From Acidimicrobiia bacterium (GTDB taxonomy: Bacteria > Actinomycetota > Acidimicrobiia > IMCC26256 > JAENVU01): a DNA stretch of 64,000 nucleotides. The stretch covers positions 31,023-95,022 of the forward strand of contig JANLRZ010000180.1 in NCBI GenBank assembly GCA_031362155.1. Reading direction: 5' to 3'. Under the pieces are notes generated by a model. The model was not told the DNA's origin, searched no databases, and saw only the letters and a list, made by a program, of their open reading frames with translations. Shown here in pieces: positions 8,755 to 16,822 of the stretch. The position numbers and the translations under genes were made by a program. How positions within the stretch are numbered: position 1 is the stretch's first letter; each line of letters opens with the position of its first letter.

Positions 8755-10469
8755 CCCTCCTCACCTTCGACCTTGACGGCACCCCGGTCGAGGTCGAGAT
8801 CGTCGACGGCGACACGCTCCTGACGGTGCTGCGCGAGCGACTGTCGATCACAACGGTCAAAGACGGTTGCGCGCCTCAGGGTCAATGCGGGTGTTGCACG
8901 GTGCTGGTCGACGGTGATGCCCGGGTCGCCTGCGTGACCCCCGCGGCGCGCGTCGCCGGTCGGTCGGTGACCACACTGGCGGGGCTTGGTCCCGAGGTCT
9001 GGACGCCGCTCGCGGACGCCTTCGTGGCCACCGGCGGATCACAGTGCGGGTTCTGTACGCCGGGCATTCTGGTGCGGCTCGCCGCGCTCGACGCCAAGGG
9101 CAAGACCGCCCCGGCCGACCTCGAACGGGCCCTCGCCGCGCACCTCTGCCGCTGCACCGGTTGGCAGACGATCGTCGAAGCGGCCGACGCGGCTCGAGGC
9201 GTGGAGACGGCCGCGGACTCCGACGTTCGCGACCTGGCCCAAGCCACGCACCGGGCCGAACTCGAGGGCGGCCACCCGCAAGGGGTCGGCGTCAAGACGC
9301 CGCTCGGCGACGCGGGATTCGCCGACGACACCGCGCCCCGTGACGCGCTGGTCGCAGTGCCGAAGCCACCCGGCAGTACCGCGGAAGCCGTCGAAGCTGC
9401 CGGAGTTGCGTGGGTCGTGGGTGAGAGCGTGGACGACGCCCGCCGCCGGGCCGGCAAGGTGCAGGGTCGCCGCTCGACCGTCGCCGATGCTCCGCCGCTC
9501 CCGGTGCCGGATCTTCCGAGTGGTGGTGTGCGGTTGGCCACGAGTTGGCTCGAGCCGGCCTACCTCGAGCCCGACGCGAGCTGGTGCGAACCCGGCGGCG
9601 TACCCGCCAACCCCCTCGCGAATGGTGGCGCGTTCGGGGGCAAGGTCGATTCGCCGGTGGGCCCGGCCGCTCGGGAACTGGCCGATCGGTTCGCTCGCAC
9701 GGTGCGGACCGTGTTTGCCCGGGAAGACGTGGTCCGGTTGGGGCCCAAACGGCCCCCGATCGCGGCGAGTGCGGTGGGCGGGGACGGTCGGGTGCAGGTG
9801 CGCGGGACGAGCCCGGGCTCCACTCCGAACTACGAATCGCCGTACGAGCAGCTGGCCGTCGCCGTCGAGTGGAGTTCGGTCGCACTCGCCGGTCCCTCGA
9901 CCGCCACTGACCTCCGCGCCGCAGGGGTGGCCGAACTCACGATCCTCGTCGAGGGTGCGATCGACGCCGCCGGCTGGGACCGTTCGGAACTCGTCGGCGC
10001 CGACGATCGCAGCCGGGCGGTGTTGCTCGACTCGTTGGCGATGATGCCGTCGGGCGCGCGGGCGGGGGCGCGGGTGACCGTCGACGCCGAGACCGGTGAG
10101 GTCAGCGGCATCGACGTGCGGGTCGATGCCGGTGAGCCACTCGATGTGGTGGTGCTGCGGTCGTACGCGATCGGTGCCGCGCACATGGCGCTGGGGTGGG
10201 TCCTGACCGAGGGCATCGCCGTCGATCCGGAGTCCGGTGACGTGCTCGACCTGACCATCCGGTCGTTCGGAATCGTCCGGCCGAAATCCATGCCGCCGGT
10301 ACGGGTCGAGATCGTGGCCGGAGACGGTCCGGCGCTTGCCGGCGGATCGGATGCCGTGTTCGCCGCAGTGGCAGCCGCAACCTGGAATGCAGTGACCCGA
10401 GCCGACGGCATTCGTCCCGAACGGTTTCCGGCCACCGACACGCGGGCCGCTCGTAAGCTGCGCCGGTGA
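8751..10469 (+). CDS. Fused 2x[2Fe-2S] / molybdopterin-binding protein of the xanthine/aldehyde oxidoreductase family (shortened)
   Basis: GCAPQGQCGCCTV..C and QCGFCTPG..LCRCTG Fe-S motifs, GGAFGGK Mo-loop. The open frame extends upstream of GTG 8826 to CTG 8751 (LTFDLDGTPVEV...TLLTVLRE), so the start is uncertain. Confidence 0.8.
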   Translation: MTLLTFDLDGTPVEVEIVDGDTLLTVLRERLSITTVKDGCAPQGQCGCCTVLVDGDARVACVTPAARVAGRSVTTLAGLGPEVWTPLADAFVATGGSQCGFCTPGILVRLAALDAKGKTAPADLERALAAHLCRCTGWQTIVEAADAARGVETAADSDVRDLAQATHRAELEGGHPQGVGVKTPLGDAGFADDTAPRDALVAVPKPPGSTAEAVEAAGVAWVVGESVDDARRRAGKVQGRRSTVADAPPLPVPDLPSGGVRLATSWLEPAYLEPDASWCEPGGVPANPLANGGAFGGKVDSPVGPAARELADRFARTVRTVFAREDVVRLGPKRPPIAASAVGGDGRVQVRGTSPGSTPNYESPYEQLAVAVEWSSVALAGPSTATDLRAAGVAELTILVEGAIDAAGWDRSELVGADDRSRAVLLDSLAMMPSGARAGARVTVDAETGEVSGIDVRVDAGEPLDVVVLRSYAIGAAHMALGWVLTEGIAVDPESGDVLDLTIRSFGIVRPKSMPPVRVEIVAGDGPALAGGSDAVFAAVAAATWNAVTRADGIRPERFPATDTRAARKLRR

Positions 10470-10855
10470 CCGTCTCTCCCGTCCCCACGCCGAGCGCGCC
10501 GGCCGTCGCCGGCCCCTATTCGCCCGCCGTCCGCGCCGGCGATTGGCTGATCCTCGCCGGCCAGGTGCCGCTCGATCCCGCCACCGGTCAGTTCGTCACC
10601 GGCGACGCGGCGGCCCAGGCTCGGCGCGTCCTCGACAACATCGTCGGCGTGCTGGGCGACTGCGGTGCGACCCTGACCGACGTCGCGAAGACGACGGTGT
10701 TCGTCACCGACCTCGGCGACTTCGCCGCGATGAACGAGGTGTACGCCGAGGTGTTCGGCGACCATCGTCCGGCGCGCTCGACGGTCGAGGTGTCAGCATT
10801 GCCCGGTGGCGCCAAGGTCGAGATCGAGACCTGGGTCTACCTGCCGGTCGCGTAA
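10466..10855 (+). CDS. ridA: RidA (YjgF/YER057c/UK114) family protein
   Basis: GPYSPAV, AGQVPLDP, FAAMNEVY..F..HRPARSTVEVSALP..VEIE; GTGA overlap. Confidence 0.92.
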   Translation: MTVSPVPTPSAPAVAGPYSPAVRAGDWLILAGQVPLDPATGQFVTGDAAAQARRVLDNIVGVLGDCGATLTDVAKTTVFVTDLGDFAAMNEVYAEVFGDHRPARSTVEVSALPGGAKVEIETWVYLPVA

Positions 10856-10856
10856 G

Positions 10857-11000
10857 TCAGGCCGGTTGCCCTTCGGCCCGCTGGTCCGCCTCGTCGCCGA
10901 CGGTCCAGCCGATCAGGGCAGCCCAGGCGGCCCCGGCCAGCATGATGGCGATGGGTCCGAGCAGGACGAGCACGGCGATGATGATCACAACTCCAGGCAC
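10857..11000 (-). CDS. Small membrane protein, 47 aa (not in ORF track)
   Basis: My translation: MPGVVIIIAVLVLLGPIAIMLAGAAWAALIGWTVGDEADQRAEGQPA. It is hydrophobic, with TAAGGT 6 nt before the GTG. Confidence 0.6.
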   Translation of the reverse strand: MPGVVIIIAVLVLLGPIAIMLAGAAWAALIGWTVGDEADQRAEGQPA

Positions 11001-11021
11001 GGCCCGACCTTACCCGCGACC

Positions 11022-11699
11022 TCAGAGTGATCGGGTCTGGCCGAACCGGTAGCCGACCGAGCGCACCGTCTGAATCAGGTTCGCGTTTTCCTCGCCGAGC
11101 TTGGCCCGCAGCCGTCGGACGTGGACGTCAACCGTTCGGGCACCGCCGTAGTACTCATAGCCCCACACTCGGGACAGCAACTGTTCACGAGTGAAGACCT
11201 TCGCGGGATGGGTCGCGAAGAACTTGAGGAGTTCGTACTCCATGTAGGTGAGGTCGAGCGGCTTGCCCGACAACGCAGCCTGATAGGTCTCGAGATTGAG
11301 GGCGAGATCACCGTATTCCACGAGTTCGGGAGCCGAACCGCGCCCGGCGCGCCACATCAAGTGGCGGAGTCGCGCTTCGAGTTCTTGGGGGTGGAAGGGG
11401 GTGAGACAGAAATCGTCGAAGAGGTCTTCGCGCTCGCCGAGCTCACCGAGCTGCGCGCCGGTGACGAGCATCAGCAATGGCTCGAGCACGGCGTCGCGCT
11501 TGCGCAAAGTGCGACACAGCGAGAGCGCACCCTCCGGGTCGGTGTCGGCCGCGATGATCGCACCGGCCCAGCCGTCGGCGGGTTCGTCGGCCGTGGCGAT
11601 CGCGGCGTTGCCGACCGCCTTCCACGCGTATCCGCCGAGGTCCAGGGTCTGGACCAGGAGCGCCGGTGGCGGGTCGGGATAGATGAGCAGGGGCTCCAT
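11022..11699 (-). CDS. glnR: OmpR-type winged-helix regulator with atypical receiver domain, GlnR-like
   Basis: LDLTYMEYELLKF...VWGYEYYGGARTVDVHVRRLRAKLG; degenerate receiver domain; 1 nt downstream of the glnA stop. Confidence 0.72.
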   Translation of the reverse strand: MEPLLIYPDPPPALLVQTLDLGGYAWKAVGNAAIATADEPADGWAGAIIAADTDPEGALSLCRTLRKRDAVLEPLLMLVTGAQLGELGEREDLFDDFCLTPFHPQELEARLRHLMWRAGRGSAPELVEYGDLALNLETYQAALSGKPLDLTYMEYELLKFFATHPAKVFTREQLLSRVWGYEYYGGARTVDVHVRRLRAKLGEENANLIQTVRSVGYRFGQTRSL

Positions 11700-11700
11700 G

Positions 11701-13026
11701 TCAGAGCGACCCCAGGTAGCGGTCGAGTTCCCAGGGCGTGACCTGTTCCTTGTACGAGTTCCACTCGCGTCGCTTGTTGCGGATGAAGTAGTCGAAGACG
11801 TGTTCGCCGAGCGCGTCGACGACCAGCTCGGACCGTTCCATCACATCGAGGGCTTCCGACAGCGACTGCGGCAGCAGGTCGATGCCGGCGTCGGCACGCG
11901 CCGCGGCCGACATCTCGAAGATGTTGTTGGTGGCCTCGTCGGGAAGTGCGTAGCCCTCCTCGACGCCCTTCATGCCCGCGGCGAGCATGAGTGCGAAGGC
12001 GAGGTACGGGTTGCACGCCGGGTCCGGGGATCGGAACTCGATGCGCGTGCTCTCGTCCTGACCGCGCTTCTGGGCCGGTATCCGCACAAGCGCCGACTCG
12101 TTGTTGTGCGCCCAGGAGATGTAGGTCGGTGCCTCGTACCCAGCGATCAACCGTTTGTACGAGTTCACGGTTTGATTCGTGACCGCGGTGATCTCACGAG
12201 CGTGGCGAAGGAGACCGGCCACGAAGTGCTTACCGACCTTCGACAGGCCCTGGGGATCACCGGGGTCGTGAAACGCGTTGACGTCACCTTCGAACAGCGA
12301 CAGGTGCGCGTGCAATCCGGAGCCGAACGCGCCGGCGATCGGCTTCGGCATGAACGTCGCGTGCACGCCGAGTTCGTTCGCGACACGCTTGACCACGGTA
12401 CGGAAGGTCATCACGTTGTCGGCCATCGACAACGCGTCGGTGTAGCGCAGGTCGATCTCGTGCTGGCTCGGTCCGTTCTCGTGGAACGAGTACTCCACCG
12501 GGATCCCCATCGCCTCGAGCGTCAGAATCGTGCGCCGCCGCAGTTCGTTGGACTCGTTGGTGTGGGTGAGGTCGAAGAAGCCCGCGTGGTCGAGCGGCGT
12601 GGGCTCGTCGGCCGAACGGAAGTAGAAGTACTCGATCTCGGGCCCGACGAAGAACGTGTAGCCGTGTTCCCGGGTCCGATCGAGGTTCCGGCGCAAGACG
12701 TTGCGCGGGTCGCCGTCGAACGGTTCGCCGGCGAGCGTCCGGATGTCGCAGAACATGCGCGCCACCGGCGCGTCGTCACCGCGCCAGGGGACGATCTCGA
12801 ACGTCGATGGGTCCGGCATGGCGAGCATGTCGGATTCCTGCACCCGGGAGTAGCCCTCGATGGCCGACCCGTCGAAGGTCATGCCCTCCTCGAGCGCGCT
12901 CTCGAGTTCGGCCGGCGTGATCGCGAACCCCTTCAGGGAGCCGAGGACGTCGGTGAACCAGAGTTGGACGAACCGGACTCCTCGTTCTTCCACCGTGCGC
13001 AGCACGTACTCGAGCTGAGGTGACAT
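11701..13026 (-). CDS. glnA: Glutamine synthetase family protein, GSI-alpha / GlnA2 type
   Basis: VRFVQLWFTDVLG, FDGSAIEG, HENGPSQHEID, FMPKP, GSGLHAH, RIEFRSPDPACNPYL. Confidence 0.93.
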   Translation of the reverse strand: MSPQLEYVLRTVEERGVRFVQLWFTDVLGSLKGFAITPAELESALEEGMTFDGSAIEGYSRVQESDMLAMPDPSTFEIVPWRGDDAPVARMFCDIRTLAGEPFDGDPRNVLRRNLDRTREHGYTFFVGPEIEYFYFRSADEPTPLDHAGFFDLTHTNESNELRRRTILTLEAMGIPVEYSFHENGPSQHEIDLRYTDALSMADNVMTFRTVVKRVANELGVHATFMPKPIAGAFGSGLHAHLSLFEGDVNAFHDPGDPQGLSKVGKHFVAGLLRHAREITAVTNQTVNSYKRLIAGYEAPTYISWAHNNESALVRIPAQKRGQDESTRIEFRSPDPACNPYLAFALMLAAGMKGVEEGYALPDEATNNIFEMSAAARADAGIDLLPQSLSEALDVMERSELVVDALGEHVFDYFIRNKRREWNSYKEQVTPWELDRYLGSL

Positions 13027-13110
13027 CGCGACTGCTCCGATCAGGGAAAATGCTCGGCTCGGCACAGTGTACGGAGGCTCGCCTAGGCTCCCACCGCCCG
13101 GGGAACCGGG

Positions 13111-13148
13111 GTTACAGAGCGTTCATATTTCGGCAATAGAGCTGAAAC
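13111..13148 (+). promoter_or_regulatory. Putative GlnR box (11-bp periodic half-sites)
   Basis: gttac-n6-ttcat-n6-gcaat-n6-gaaac between divergent glnA and glnII; partial match to the gTnAc-n6-GaAAc consensus. Confidence 0.45.
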
Positions 13149-13253
13149 TGCGGACCGAAAAGCTTTTGGTGCCTCCGCTGCACGCTGAGGCGCCAAACCC
13201 GGTCCCACCGGACCGCCCGATTTCTTACCCACACGGACAATCAGGAGCATCAC

Positions 13254-14252
13254 GTGGCGTACAAGGCCGAGTACATCTGGATCGACGGCACCGAGCCGAC
13301 GGCGAAGCTGCGGTCCAAGACCAAAGTTCTGGCCGACGGCGCCGACCTTCCCATCTGGGGGTTCGACGGTTCGAGCACGAACCAGGCACCCGGCGACAAA
13401 TCGGATTGTGTGCTGCGTCCGGTGTTCACCTGCATGGACCCGATCCGTGGTGGTTCGAACAAGCTCGTCATGTGTGAAGTGCTCTACATCGACATGACCC
13501 CGCACGTGACCAACACGCGGTCGGTGCTTCAGGGGGTCGCCGACAAGTTCGCCGATCAGGAGAGCCTCTTCGGCATCGAGCAGGAGTACAACTTCTTCCA
13601 GGAAGGTCGCCCGCTCGGGTTCCCGCTCGGTGGATTCCCGGGACCGCAGGGCCCGTATTACTGCGGCGTCGGTGCCGACGACGTTTACGGGCGCGAGATC
13701 GTCGAGGCCCACCTCGACGCGTGCCTCGAGGCCGGCCTCAGCATCTCCGGGATCAACGCCGAGGTGATGCCCGGCCAGTGGGAGTTCCAGGTCGGCCCGC
13801 TCGGCCCGCTCGATGTTTCGGACGAGTTGTGGATTGCCCGGTGGCTGCTGAATCGCATCGCTGAGGACTTCGGCGTCGTGGTGACAATCGACGCCAAGCC
13901 GATGGCCGGAGACTGGAATGGCGCCGGCGCGCACACCAACTTCTCGACCAAAGCGATGCGGGAGAACTACGACGCGATCATCACGGCGTGTGAAGCGTTG
14001 GGCAAGCGGGTCGACGAGCACATCGCCGGCTACGGCCCGGGCATCGAGCAGCGCCTCACCGGCCAGCACGAGACTGCTCACTACACCGAGTTCAGCTACG
14101 GCGTCTCGGACCGCGGTGCATCGATCCGGATTCCGTGGCAGGTCGAGGTCGACCAGAAGGGCTACATCGAGGACCGGCGGCCGAACGCCAACATGGACCC
14201 GTACGTGGTGACCCGGCTCATCGTCGACACCTGCTGCTCCGCCTTGGCGTAG
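13254..14252 (+). CDS. glnII: Glutamine synthetase type II
   Basis: AEYIWIDG, LRSKTK, WGFDGSSTNQA, QGPYYCGVG, NAEVMPGQWEFQ, DWNGAGAHTNFST, EDRRPNANMDPY; 332 aa. Confidence 0.96.
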   Translation: MAYKAEYIWIDGTEPTAKLRSKTKVLADGADLPIWGFDGSSTNQAPGDKSDCVLRPVFTCMDPIRGGSNKLVMCEVLYIDMTPHVTNTRSVLQGVADKFADQESLFGIEQEYNFFQEGRPLGFPLGGFPGPQGPYYCGVGADDVYGREIVEAHLDACLEAGLSISGINAEVMPGQWEFQVGPLGPLDVSDELWIARWLLNRIAEDFGVVVTIDAKPMAGDWNGAGAHTNFSTKAMRENYDAIITACEALGKRVDEHIAGYGPGIEQRLTGQHETAHYTEFSYGVSDRGASIRIPWQVEVDQKGYIEDRRPNANMDPYVVTRLIVDTCCSALA

Positions 14253-14275
14253 TCACGCCCCGCACGTTCTGGCGT

Positions 14276-14315
14276 ACGAGGCCCGGACCCACCGATCAGT
14301 GGGTCCGGGCCTCGT
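14276..14315 (+). terminator. Hairpin terminator after glnII
   Basis: Perfect 17-bp stem acgaggcccggacccac / gtgggtccgggcctcgt with a 6-nt loop, starting 24 nt after the stop; no U-tract, as is common in Actinobacteria. Confidence 0.8.
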
Positions 14316-14423
14316 CGCGTCCCGGGGCGATTCGACTCAAGTGCCATTCCTGGTAGGTCGAAGGACAGGGTTGGCGCCGCGACGCTGTTTGTGCGACGCG
14401 CCGCCGGGATGGTGGGGGACCCA

Positions 14424-16715
14424 ATGCCCGACAATTCGACGGACACACCAGCGAACACGACCTCACCGTCGTCTCGTGCCGTCGTGCCGCCGCCCGCCGA
14501 GTCCCGCTGGCGCCTGAACCCGTATCTGCTGGGTTACGCGATGGGCCCGGCCGCGTTCGCGATCATCCTGGTGTTGCAACGATTCGGGTGGGTCGCCAAC
14601 GAGTCGCTCGCGGTCTGGATCGGGATCTTCCTCGCGATCCCGATCACGAGCTATCTCGCCGACACGTTGTACCGCCGGTATCCCACGACCGCGTTTCTGA
14701 ACGTCCGGGTGGCGGTCCATAGCGCGGCCGTGGTCGCGGTCATCAACGTTGCGGGGTGGGGGCCGGTGCTCAGCGGCGCGTTCGTGTTCGTCGCGCTCGA
14801 GAACCTCGCGCACGACGGTTCGCGCACATGGCGGATCACGATGCTGTGGAGCATGGCGGGTATCGCGGTCGGGATGCTGGGGATCCGGATTGGTGTCTTT
14901 CCGTCGTTCCTCTCGTTCTCGCAGGCCGAGGCCCTGAGTGTGATGGGCGCATTCGTGCTCGCGTTCGTGATTCGCATGGCCGGCGCTGCCTGGGAGCAGA
15001 AGGAAGACGCCGAAGCGCTGATGCGAGCCAGCGAGGATCGGTTCCGGTCGCTGGTGCAGCACTCTTCCGACACGATCATGGTGATGAGCGGGACCGGAAC
15101 CGTCACCTACGCGTCGCCGTCTACGACAGGGTTCTTCGGTGTCACGCCCGACGACATGATCGGCCGGGATGCGGTGAGTCTGGCTCATCCCGACGATCAA
15201 GAACGCGTGTGGGCCGAGCTGGCGGCGCGACTCCTCGATGATGTCGTGACCGACGCGCTCGAGGTGCGTATGGCCCACGCCGACGGTTCCTGGCGTTATG
15301 CCGAGGTCATCGTGAGCGACCTGCGCAGCCAGCCGTCGGTCGACGGATTCGTCGCGAATCTTCGTGACATCACCGATCGGAAGGAAGCCGAAGCATTGCT
15401 GGCGCATCAGGCGCTGCACGATCCGTTGACCTCACTCGCGAACCGGACGTTGATCCATGACCGGACCGAGCAGATGTTGGTGCGGAGTCGCCGCAGCCAC
15501 GAACCGATCGCCGCGCTGTTCATCGATCTCGACAACTTCAAGGAAGTCAACGACACGCTCGGCCACGAGACCGGTGACCGCTTGTTGCAAGCAGTCGCCG
15601 ATCGGTTCCGGGCGACCGTGCGAGACAGTGACACCGTGGGCCGACTCGGCGGCGACGAGTTCGTCGTCTTGGCCGAGGGTCAGTCGATCGCGGCCGGACC
15701 GGAGATCCTGGCCGAGCGCCTCCTCGAGGTGTTGCGGGCGCCCTTCGATCTCGGCGAACGGGTGGGCGCGCCACTGAAGGTGACCGCCAGCATCGGGATC
15801 GCGAGCGGGCAACGCGACTCCGCCGACGACCTGCTCCGCGACGCCGACATCGCGCTCTACCGAGCCAAGGCGTTGGGCAAGGACGGCGCCGCATCGTTCG
15901 AACCGGAGATGCAGTCGGCGGTGCTCGACCGGCTCGGGCTGAAGATGGACCTCATGTCCGCGCTCTCGAATCGAGAGTTCCACGTGGTGTATCAGCCGCT
16001 CTTCGATCTCGCGACGATGAAGATCTACGGCGTCGAAGCGTTGCTGCGCTGGACTCACCCGGTGCGCGGCCTCGTCGGACCGACCGAGTTCATTCCGATG
16101 CTCGAGGAAACCGGTCAGATCGTCGAGGTCGGTGGTTGGGTCCTGCGTGATGCATGCCGGCAGGCGGCGGCGTGGCATCGGGATGGTCATCCGCTGGCCT
16201 TGTCGGTCAACGTCTCGATGCGCCAGCTCGAGAATGACCAGCTTCTCCTCGACGTGCGCGACGCGCTCGAGACGAGCGGGCTGGATCCCACCGCGTTGCT
16301 CCTCGAGATCACCGAGACCGCACTGATGAGCGATGCCGACGCGACCGTCGCCCGGCTCGGGGCCTTGAAAGCCCTGGGCGTCTCGATCGCGATCGACGAT
16401 TTCGGCACCGGGTACGCGTCGCTCGGCTATCTACGCCAGTTCCCGGTGGATGCACTCAAGATCGATCGGTCTTTCATCGCCGCGATGAGCGACGCGCCGG
16501 AGTCGGGCGTGCTGATCCAGGCGATGGTCGCGCTGGCGCACGCGCTCGGCCTGGGCACCATCGCCGAGGGCATCGAAGACGCGCCCCAACTCGAGACGCT
16601 TCGCGCGCAAGGGTGCCAACGTGGTCAGGGCTATCTCGTGTCGCGACCGGTCGCGCCCGAAGCAATCGTGGGGTTGCTCGATGAGGCCCGCCAGTCGGCA
16701 CCGTCGGCCGCCTGA
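14424..16715 (+). CDS. Membrane PAS-GGDEF-EAL diguanylate cyclase/phosphodiesterase
   Basis: Multiple TM helices, PAS (HPDD, DGSWR), RLGGDEF, VEALLRW, AIDDFGTGY, AEGIE; start chosen. Confidence 0.93.
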   Translation: MPDNSTDTPANTTSPSSRAVVPPPAESRWRLNPYLLGYAMGPAAFAIILVLQRFGWVANESLAVWIGIFLAIPITSYLADTLYRRYPTTAFLNVRVAVHSAAVVAVINVAGWGPVLSGAFVFVALENLAHDGSRTWRITMLWSMAGIAVGMLGIRIGVFPSFLSFSQAEALSVMGAFVLAFVIRMAGAAWEQKEDAEALMRASEDRFRSLVQHSSDTIMVMSGTGTVTYASPSTTGFFGVTPDDMIGRDAVSLAHPDDQERVWAELAARLLDDVVTDALEVRMAHADGSWRYAEVIVSDLRSQPSVDGFVANLRDITDRKEAEALLAHQALHDPLTSLANRTLIHDRTEQMLVRSRRSHEPIAALFIDLDNFKEVNDTLGHETGDRLLQAVADRFRATVRDSDTVGRLGGDEFVVLAEGQSIAAGPEILAERLLEVLRAPFDLGERVGAPLKVTASIGIASGQRDSADDLLRDADIALYRAKALGKDGAASFEPEMQSAVLDRLGLKMDLMSALSNREFHVVYQPLFDLATMKIYGVEALLRWTHPVRGLVGPTEFIPMLEETGQIVEVGGWVLRDACRQAAAWHRDGHPLALSVNVSMRQLENDQLLLDVRDALETSGLDPTALLLEITETALMSDADATVARLGALKALGVSIAIDDFGTGYASLGYLRQFPVDALKIDRSFIAAMSDAPESGVLIQAMVALAHALGLGTIAEGIEDAPQLETLRAQGCQRGQGYLVSRPVAPEAIVGLLDEARQSAPSAA

Positions 16716-16822
16716 CCGCCGTTTCGCGACCCGACCGCTACCGCCCGATTGGTCGGATAACGGACAGAGAGTACGCTCGGCCCCTCGAAGTCTGAGAGAT
16801 TCGGTCACCTGGGGGGCCATTC

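Noticed and set aside
8740-8830. Selenocysteine readthrough of the erpA TGA into the downstream Fe-S/Mo gene (tempting because selA is present and HesB-like selenoproteins exist)
   Set aside because: The downstream gene is in a different frame (8751 vs 8401), ErpA already has all three Cys, and no SECIS-like hairpin was evident.
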